A stretch of DNA of 64,000 bases. Origin: an uncultured Fidelibacterota bacterium. GTDB lineage: Bacteria; Fidelibacterota; Marinisomatia; Marinisomatales; UBA1611. The notes below the pieces were generated by a model, which did no database searches, had not been told where the DNA came from, and worked only from the letters and a program-made list of their open reading frames with translations. This document shows positions 57,502-64,000 of the stretch, one piece after another; the first letter of the stretch is position 1; each line of letters opens with the position of its first letter. The translations under genes and the position numbers were made by a program. The stretch lies in the NCBI GenBank assembly GCA_913043235.1, contig CAJWLO010000005.1, positions 9,597 to 73,596 of the forward strand. The letters run 5' to 3'.

Positions 57502-59031
57502 ATGAAAAAATACAATAAACTAACAAAATCAATGATCTCTACAGCATTATTTTTATTTATGCTTACATATGTTCAAGGAATGCAGCAGGAGTCTATACCT
57601 CAAGGATTAGAACAGCAAATTGAACAGATTCGTAAAGATTGGGATATTCCTGGAATGGCGGTAGCGATTATCAAAGGTGATAAAGTTATTTATGCAAATG
57701 GATTTGGTGTTCGTGAATTAGGTAAGTCAGCTAAAGTAGATGAAAAGACATTATTTGCGGTTGGATCTACTACCAAAGCAATGACAGTTGCCACATTGGG
57801 TATGCTTGTTGATGAGGGTAGACTAAGTTGGGATGATCGAGTTATAGATGTATTGCCCGGTTTCCGTATGTATGATGCATATGCGACGGCTGAGATGAGA
57901 GTCCGTGATTTATTAACACATAAAAGTGGATTAACCCGAGGCGATCAAGTTTGGTTTGGATCTCCGATGGATCTACAAGAAGTTTTTCATCAAATACGCT
58001 ATCTAAAACCAGCATATAGTTTTAGATCTAATTATCACTATCAGAATCTAATGTATTTGACGGCAGGATTGGTCTCAGGTGAAATACATGGTGATAGTTG
58101 GGATAATGTAATGTATAAAAAATTCTTTAGACCTCTGAAAATGAGAACAAGCGTCACAAACCTTAAAGATTTGGCCAAAAGAAGTAATGTTGCCACTCCT
58201 CATGGAATTGTCGATTACAGCGGAAAACTTGAGCCCATTGAAGATCGCAATTTGGATAATATTGCTCCAGCAGGTTCGGTGTATTCAAATGCATTAGAAA
58301 TGGCTAATTGGATAAGATTAAATATGAATAAAGGTGAGTTTGAAGGTAAAAGAATATTAAGTGAAAAAGTGATGAATGAGATGCATACACCTCAAATGCA
58401 TATGTCTTATTCCACGCCAAATCAAGTAACAAATTTTAGTTTATACGGCTTAGGGTTTAGAGTCTCAGATTATAGAGGGCATAAAATGGTGAGTCATGGA
58501 GGTGGTATTGATGGTTTTATAACTTGGATTGGTTTTATCTCTGATATTGATCTAGGCTGGGTAGTTGTTAATAATGGAGGCAGTCGCGCATCCACATTAG
58601 TAGGTTATGAAATTATTGATGCCTTTATGGGTCTAGCTGATGATATCGATTGGTCAGGAGATGCAAAGAAATCTTATGATAAAAGTATGGCACGCCTTGA
58701 TAGTCTAAGAAATGATGTTGATTCTCGAAGAGTTTTTAGCACAGAAACAAGATTGCAAAACTCAGGATATGCAGGTGACTATAATCATGAATTTTATGGT
58801 GAAATGACAATATCAGTCAGTGGCGATAAGCTAATTATTTCTCGAGGAGATGCTTTAAATGGCACATTAAACCATTGGCATTATGATACTTTTCGGGTAC
58901 GATGGGATGAGCCAAGGGAGCGAGCAAGATATGGCAATGAATTTATTTCATTTCACTTTAATGCCAAGAATGAGGTGGTTTATCTAGAAAGATCCTTAGA
59001 TGGTGCACCAAGGTATTTTAAGAAAAAATAA
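57502..59031 (+). CDS. S12 serine hydrolase, tandem copy 2
   Basis: GGAGGAG at 57491-57497. GSTTKAM, YHYQNLMY, VSHGGGIDGF. Long blocks are shared with copy 1 (VIDVLPGFRMYDAYATAEMRVRDLLTHKSGL). Confidence 0.85.
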   Translation: MKKYNKLTKSMISTALFLFMLTYVQGMQQESIPQGLEQQIEQIRKDWDIPGMAVAIIKGDKVIYANGFGVRELGKSAKVDEKTLFAVGSTTKAMTVATLGMLVDEGRLSWDDRVIDVLPGFRMYDAYATAEMRVRDLLTHKSGLTRGDQVWFGSPMDLQEVFHQIRYLKPAYSFRSNYHYQNLMYLTAGLVSGEIHGDSWDNVMYKKFFRPLKMRTSVTNLKDLAKRSNVATPHGIVDYSGKLEPIEDRNLDNIAPAGSVYSNALEMANWIRLNMNKGEFEGKRILSEKVMNEMHTPQMHMSYSTPNQVTNFSLYGLGFRVSDYRGHKMVSHGGGIDGFITWIGFISDIDLGWVVVNNGGSRASTLVGYEIIDAFMGLADDIDWSGDAKKSYDKSMARLDSLRNDVDSRRVFSTETRLQNSGYAGDYNHEFYGEMTISVSGDKLIISRGDALNGTLNHWHYDTFRVRWDEPRERARYGNEFISFHFNAKNEVVYLERSLDGAPRYFKKK

Positions 59032-59066
59032 GAGTTTTTATTTCAACTAGATTATTTTTTGCAAAA

Positions 59067-60260
59067 ATGATGATAAAATACATTCCAATTATAATTACGT
59101 TGTTTTCATCCATGCTATACTGCCAGACAATTGCAGTAAAAGCGGGAATAATCTATACGGCCAATAAAGGAAAAGTATATAAAAATGGTATCCTTTTATT
59201 AAAGGACGGGAAGATTAAAGCAGTTGGAAAAAATATTAGGATACCATCGAAAGCTAAAATACTAGACTATTCAAATTATGAAATTGTGCCGGGTTTCATA
59301 GATAACCATTCCCATATTGGGACTGATCCAGAAAACCTAAATGAATTTCCAGTGGTATTTGGTCCACAACACAAAATTATTGATATTTTATCTCCTGACT
59401 CTTCTTATTGGGAAAAAGTTTATAAAGGTGGAGTTACAACTGTTGTTACCGGACCAGGAAGCGGAGAAGTCTCCTCAGGTCAAGCAGTCGTAATTAAAAC
59501 ATGGGGTGGTACAATTGAAGAAAGGGTCCTCAAGGAAAAAGGTGGTGTTAAAATTGCTATGGGCAGAAAGAGAAATTCACCAAAGACCAGCATGGGGACA
59601 ACTGCATTATTGAGAGAAAAATTCATAAAAGCAAAAGAATACGATAAAAAAATAAAAGAATGGAAAAAGAATAAGAAAGATACTCCACGTCCTGAAAAAG
59701 ATTTGGCCCTAGAGGCTTTTGCAGACGTTTTATCAGGTAAAGATAGAATTAGATCGCATGTACACTCGGCGCATGATATTTTATCTATTTTAAGGTTAAA
59801 AGATGAGTTTGGCTTCGATCTGACACTACACCATTCAACAGAAGCATATAAAGTGCCCAAAGAAATTGCTAAACGTAACGTTAAAGTTGTTGGGATGCCC
59901 TTATTCGCAAGAATTGGTATCAGTGATAGTGTGATGTATACAGGTAAAATAATGAATGATCATGGTATTCTTTTCGCTTTTCATACAGATGACCCTGTAG
60001 TAGCATCAAAATGGCAGCGAGGTAATGCAGGAATGGGAATACGATATGGTATGACTGAACAGTCCGCCTTGGAAGCTGTTACAATTAATCCGGCTATGAT
60101 TGCAAAAGTGAGTGACCGTGTCGGCTCATTGGAAGAAGGAAAAGATGCGGATTTTATAGTAATTAATGGTACATGGTATGAGCCCAAGTCCATCATTGAA
60201 AAGGTTTATATCGATGGGAAGAAAGCTTTTGATCGTTCTATTGAGCAACGGGATAAATGA
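59067..60260 (+). CDS. amidohydrolase (cog1228-type, canonical HxH)
   Basis: [44 protein letters not shown]-terminal [12 protein letters not shown]. Signal peptide present. Confidence 0.85.
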   Translation: MMIKYIPIIITLFSSMLYCQTIAVKAGIIYTANKGKVYKNGILLLKDGKIKAVGKNIRIPSKAKILDYSNYEIVPGFIDNHSHIGTDPENLNEFPVVFGPQHKIIDILSPDSSYWEKVYKGGVTTVVTGPGSGEVSSGQAVVIKTWGGTIEERVLKEKGGVKIAMGRKRNSPKTSMGTTALLREKFIKAKEYDKKIKEWKKNKKDTPRPEKDLALEAFADVLSGKDRIRSHVHSAHDILSILRLKDEFGFDLTLHHSTEAYKVPKEIAKRNVKVVGMPLFARIGISDSVMYTGKIMNDHGILFAFHTDDPVVASKWQRGNAGMGIRYGMTEQSALEAVTINPAMIAKVSDRVGSLEEGKDADFIVINGTWYEPKSIIEKVYIDGKKAFDRSIEQRDK

Positions 60261-61531
60261 TTAATATGATAAGATACAATTTTACTAGGAAATATTTAAT
60301 CTATCTGTGTGCATCATTCTTGTTAATTATTAATCATGCGCTTTATGCCCAAGCCATAGCTCTAAAGGGCGGGAAAATTATAACAATTTCGGATGGAGAT
60401 ATAATTAATGGGACGATATTGATCGATAAAGGAAGGATAAAAGCCGTCGGGAAAAACATCAAAATTCCTAAAGAAGCTGAGATTATTGATATAGGTGGCA
60501 AAATAGTGATGCCTGGTCTTATTGATGCCATGACTTATTATGGTATTGACCCTAACGACTTAAATGAAACATTAAAACCTATTTCTCCAGAATTAAGAAT
60601 TATTGAAGCATATTACCCATTTGGGGATTTTGGTGATGGATCCGGGGAAATACGCGCGAATGACCTTCTGAGCGGCGGAATAACAACAATCTATATAGCT
60701 CCAGGCGACGCCACAATTTTAGGTGGTCAGGGAGCTGTTGTTCAAACTGCTGCACCTTCATTCGAAGCAATGATTCTTAAGATTCCATCAGCTATTGATA
60801 TGACCTTGGGTTCAAAGCCTGGCAAATTAAATAGAAAAGATAACAGGACACCTGTCACAAAAATGGCTGCCATATCTCAGCTCCGAGAAACTTTTATAAA
60901 AGCTCAGGAATATTTAAGCAAAAATGATAATCCCAGAAATTTAAGTATGGAATCTATCGGTCTAATGTTGAATAGAAAAATTCCGGCTAGAATTCAAGCA
61001 AATAGCCCTGGCGATATCAGAGCTTCAATGAATCTAGCAACCGAATTTAAGTTTGACTTAATTATTGATGGTGGAGCATCATCTGACAGTTATATCGATG
61101 AAATTGTAAAACGTAAGATTCCTGTTATCCTTGGGCCAGTATCCCATCCATATATTTCTGGTGATGAGATTCCTGAGCATTCGGAATATCCATCAATCGA
61201 TGAAGGGTTAGCTGGTAGGTTAGATAAGGCAGGTGTGAAGGTAGCTTTTGGGAGCTTTTCTTATGGTTTAGGTTCTCTTGCAAAAGGAATTACGGGGAAA
61301 TGGTTATTAATCGATGCCGCTATATCTACAGGGTACGGAATGTCTGAAAAATCAGTACTACGAAGTTTAACGTTAAGTGCCGCAGAAATTTTAAATATTG
61401 ATGACCAAGTTGGCAGTATTGAAATAGGTAAAAAAGCAGATTTAGTTGTTTTAAATGGAGACCCCTTAAGTATAAAAACATGGGTAGATCGGGTTTATAT
61501 TTCCGGCAGCTTAGTCTATAAAAAACAATGA
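60257..61531 (+). CDS. amidohydrolase-fold protein lacking the HxH metal motif
   Basis: ATGA overlap with 59067-60260. [32 protein letters not shown], then [12 protein letters not shown] where HxH is expected. C-terminal [14 protein letters not shown]. Confidence 0.8.
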   Translation: MINMIRYNFTRKYLIYLCASFLLIINHALYAQAIALKGGKIITISDGDIINGTILIDKGRIKAVGKNIKIPKEAEIIDIGGKIVMPGLIDAMTYYGIDPNDLNETLKPISPELRIIEAYYPFGDFGDGSGEIRANDLLSGGITTIYIAPGDATILGGQGAVVQTAAPSFEAMILKIPSAIDMTLGSKPGKLNRKDNRTPVTKMAAISQLRETFIKAQEYLSKNDNPRNLSMESIGLMLNRKIPARIQANSPGDIRASMNLATEFKFDLIIDGGASSDSYIDEIVKRKIPVILGPVSHPYISGDEIPEHSEYPSIDEGLAGRLDKAGVKVAFGSFSYGLGSLAKGITGKWLLIDAAISTGYGMSEKSVLRSLTLSAAEILNIDDQVGSIEIGKKADLVVLNGDPLSIKTWVDRVYISGSLVYKKQ

Positions 61532-61544
61532 TTCTACTCAAAAA

Positions 61545-61572
61545 TAATAAATAATAAATAATAAATAATAAA
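61545..61572. repeat. (TAATAAA)x4 perfect heptanucleotide microsatellite
   Basis: Read directly. Lies 97 nt upstream of the second SusC-like start and 14 nt after the preceding stop. Confidence 0.9.
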
Positions 61573-61668
61573 TTGTTGCATAAGTAGAATTGTTTATTAA
61601 ATTCGCAGCTCAAAAAGCCATGCAGGAGTGGCTAAAAAAGCTTAAAATCACATATGGAGGGTGAAAAA

Positions 61669-64000
61669 ATGAAGCAATCTTCATTAGTCCTAAGTATACT
61701 CGTTTTGTCTGCAATATTAGTCGGTCAAAACACTATAACAGGTAAAGTAACAGATTCTGAATCTGGCGATGCACTATTGGGTGCTAATGTTATTATCCAA
61801 GGAACAAATCTTGGTTCTGCAACAGATGCGGATGGTAACTATAGCATATCAAATGCACCTACAGATGGTCCTGTAACTATCGTCGCAAATTATATTGGCT
61901 ACGCTTCCCTTAGTCAGGAGGTAGATTTAAGCCAAACAACAACATTAGACTTTGCATTAAATCGCTCGGCGGTTGGTCTAGATGAAGTTATAGTAACAGG
62001 TACTGCAGGTGAGCAGCGGAAAAAAGCCTTAGGCAATGTTATTGCTTCATTAGATGTATCGGATTTAGTTGAACTAGCGCCAAGACCAGATATTACAAAT
62101 ATGATTAGTGCTACTATCCCAGGTGTAAGGATCATGGATAGTGGCGGTGAAGTTGGTACTGGCGGTACATCTAGAATTCGAGGCGTAAGCTCAATGACAC
62201 TAGCTGGTACTCCGATTGTAGTTGTTGATGGAGTCCGAGTCAATGGAATGGATAATGAAACACGATTTGGTGGTATTGGTTTTGATGGTGCACAAGCACC
62301 TTCTAGAATTAATGATTTCAGTCAAGAGGAAATAGAAAAAATTGAAGTGTTAAAAGGACCTGCAGCTGCAACGCTTTATGGCACAGAAGCATCAAATGGT
62401 GTGATACAGATTATTACTAAAAAAGGTAGTAAAGGTAAAGCAAGAATTAATTATACTGCAAAAGCAGGATCAAATTCACTTCCTGAAGATCCAAAAACAT
62501 ACTTTATGCCAGTTTACTATACCAGTACTGGTAAAGATGGGAAGGCGCCAGGAACAATTGTTGAGGTTAATGTTGTTGCAGAAGATGCTAAGAATGGTAT
62601 GACTTGGTTTCAAGATGGAGACATTCGTTCGCATAACCTTGATGTAAGTGGTGGTGGTGATAACCATACTTATTATGTGTCTGCTGGTTGGAATGATGAG
62701 AATGGAATTGTTCCTTATAACTGGAAAAAAGGTATTAGTGGAAGAGCGAATCTTACCCTTCTGCCAACACCTACCTTAAGACTTAGTTTTGGTTTAGGAA
62801 CCGTACAGAGTAGAACTCAGTTTTCATCTGCTCAACAGCCTCTTCCTACAGCTATAATCTGGGCTTGCCCCGCGCCGGGCTGTGAGCCGAATACCGGTCT
62901 TCCCAATGCACTAGATGGTCCTTATAGAGGATATATTGCTTACCTTCCTGAAGCATATGCAAATGAAATTGAAGGATTTCAAGATCTCGATAGAACTACA
63001 TGGAATGCCTCAGCTACTCATGATCCATTCCCTTGGTTAAACCACAGGTTAACCATTGGCGGAGACATGGGTAATACAAGAAGTACCGAGTTATATAAAG
63101 CTACTGGTAATTTAGGTAATTTTGGAAACAATGGTAGAAAGACAGTCCTACAATCAAGGTCAAACTATACTACTATTGATTATAATGCTAATGCAACTTT
63201 ACAACCTATGTCCTTCTTAAGCTCGATTACTTCGGTTGGTGTTCAGTATTATGAAAGAAGACAGCAGATTGTATACGGATATGGGGAAACTTTCCCAGTT
63301 GAAGCACTCGAGACAATTTCTTCAGGTGCAACAAAAACTGCTGATGAAGAATTTCTTCAAAACAAGACTTTTGGAGTTTATATCCAACAACAAATTGGTT
63401 TGAATGATCGAATCTTCTTAACTGCTGCAATGCGTGGTGATGATAACAGTTCTTTTGGTAAGAACTATGACTTTGTAGTTTATCCAAAGTATTCACTCGC
63501 TTATGCCTTAAGTGAAGAGCCGTTCTTCCAAAATGCACTTCCGTTCCTTACGGAATTTAAACTTCGAGCTGCTTATGGACAGGCAGGTAGACAACCTGAT
63601 TTATTTGCAGCTATAAGAACTTATGCACCATCTGTTGGCCCAGGTGGATCTGGTACGTTAACACCAAATAATATTGGTAACCCTGATCTGGAGCCTGAAA
63701 TTGGAGAAGAAACAGAGATTGGTTTTGATGCTGGTCTTTTCAATGGATTTGCTGGTGTAGAATTCACTATCTTTAAGCAAAGAACCAACAATGCGATTGT
63801 TTCAGTTCCTGTGCTTCCTTCAACGGGTTTTCCTGGTTCACAATTCAGAAATATTGGTGAAATAAAAAATGAAGGTATTGAATTTGGTGCTAATATAACG
63901 CCAATTAGAAGCCGCGGTCTTTTGTTGAATTTTGGTATGACCTACTCCACTTCTAAAAACGAAGTTGTTAGTCTTGGTGGTCAACCGCCTATTGTTCAGG
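61669..64000 (+). CDS. SusC/RagA-like TonB-dependent transporter, 5' part (runs off the window); absent from the ORF track
   Basis: GGAGGGTG at 61656-61663, ATG 61669. MKQSSLVLSILVLSAILVGQNTITGKVTDSESGDALLGANVIIQGTNLGSATDADGNYSISNAP (CarboxypepD_reg-like). Plug motif EIEKIEVLKGPAAATLYGTEASNGVIQIITKKG. The portions I translated by hand (about 61669-62440) contain no stop. Antisense shadow ORFs in the track are consistent with a + strand gene. Confidence 0.9.
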   Translation, partial: MKQSSLVLSILVLSAILVGQNTITGKVTDSESGDALLGANVIIQGTNLGSATDADGNYSISNAPTDGPVTIVANYIGYASLSQEVDLSQTTTLDFALNRSAVGLDEVIVTGTAGEQRKKALGNVIASLDVSDLVELAPRPDITNMISATIPGVRIMDSGGEVGTGGTSRIRGVSSMTLAGTPIVVVDGVRVNGMDNETRFGGIGFDGAQAPSRINDFSQEEIEKIEVLKGPAAATLYGTEASNGVIQIITKKGSKGKARINYTAKAGSNSLPEDPKTYFMPVYYTSTGKDGKAPGTIVEVNVVAEDAKNGMTWFQDGDIRSHNLDVSGGGDNHTYYVSAGWNDENGIVPYNWKKGISGRANLTLLPTPTLRLSFGLGTVQSRTQFSSAQQPLPTAIIWACPAPGCEPNTGLPNALDGPYRGYIAYLPEAYANEIEGFQDLDRTTWNASATHDPFPWLNHRLTIGGDMGNTRSTELYKATGNLGNFGNNGRKTVLQSRSNYTTIDYNANATLQPMSFLSSITSVGVQYYERRQQIVYGYGETFPVEALETISSGATKTADEEFLQNKTFGVYIQQQIGLNDRIFLTAAMRGDDNSSFGKNYDFVVYPKYSLAYALSEEPFFQNALPFLTEFKLRAAYGQAGRQPDLFAAIRTYAPSVGPGGSGTLTPNNIGNPDLEPEIGEETEIGFDAGLFNGFAGVEFTIFKQRTNNAIVSVPVLPSTGFPGSQFRNIGEIKNEGIEFGANITPIRSRGLLLNFGMTYSTSKNEVVSLGGQPPIVQ

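Noticed and set aside
24230-59031. Interpreting the seven beta-lactamase-fold genes as an antibiotic-resistance cluster
   Set aside because: The S12 members have HxG rather than KTG, plus peptidase-type C-terminal domains. The class-A-like member lacks Glu166. The context is purely peptidase/amidase, with no mobile elements.
61545-61572. Checked whether any repeat in the window could be a CRISPR array
   Set aside because: The only tandem repeat is a 7-bp AT microsatellite with no spacers. No 24-48-bp repeat-spacer periodicity was seen anywhere.
61326-61613. 95-aa minus-strand ORF spanning the end of the amidohydrolase gene and the heptamer repeat
   Set aside because: It mostly overlaps a supported + strand gene. 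The remainder is low-complexity AT repeat translated as Leu/Phe/Tyr/Ile runs.
61914-62243. Minus-strand ORFs 61914-62243, 62476-62667 and 63227-63538, the only track ORFs beyond 61.7 kb
   Set aside because: The + strand frame starting at ATG 61669 encodes an obvious SusC-like transporter (CarboxypepD_reg and plug motifs). It is missing from the track only because it has no stop inside the window. The minus ORFs are its shadows.

Overview
AT-rich, very gene-dense bacterial chromosomal segment with about 45 protein genes. I see no rRNA, tRNA, CRISPR array, transposase, integrase or phage gene, and no recognisable transcription factor.

Block 1 (1.2-8.8 kb, + strand): a SusC-like TonB-dependent transporter and a SusD-like lipoprotein, then a clean rho-independent terminator, then a histidine-phosphatase lipoprotein and a DUF5107/TPR lipoprotein.

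Block 2 (9.1-15.3 kb, - strand): a six-gene operon that looks like an oxidative (3-keto) glycoside-cleavage route. It encodes DoxX, a Tat-exported Gfo/Idh/MocA oxidoreductase, a NupG-like MFS symporter, a cytoplasmic Gfo/Idh/MocA oxidoreductase, a DUF1080 '3-keto-disaccharide hydrolase'-like lipoprotein, and a Tat-exported xylose-isomerase-like TIM barrel.

Block 3 (15.5-61.5 kb, + strand): an uninterrupted 46-kb array of 27 genes, nearly all with signal peptides or lipoboxes. It holds:
- six S12 serine hydrolases, all with the R61/DAP-type SxxK-YxN-HxG motif set (one fused to a PAF-acetylhydrolase-like esterase);
- four S9 and three S15 (CocE/NonD) peptidases;
- M24B aminopeptidase P and an M19 dipeptidase;
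- a D-aminoacylase-like enzyme and four more amidohydrolases, two with degenerate metal motifs;
- a class-A-beta-lactamase-like protein lacking Glu166;
- an erythromycin-esterase-like protein and another esterase;
- a CBM9/DUF5916 protein with no canonical start codon;
- one PLP enzyme, one TLC-like transporter and a Tat-exported SDR.

The array ends at a second SusC-like transporter that runs off the window.

Main hypothesis (inference): block 3 is a large periplasmic 'peptide utilisation locus' specialised for D-amino-acid-containing or otherwise recalcitrant peptides, such as peptidoglycan stem peptides. It contains a recurring four-gene cassette: S12, S12, canonical amidohydrolase, degenerate amidohydrolase.

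Consistent strong Shine-Dalgarno sites together with SusC/SusD-like genes suggest a marine FCB-group lineage other than classical Bacteroidia. This taxonomic guess is low confidence. All family calls rest on motif recognition by eye; no searches were run.
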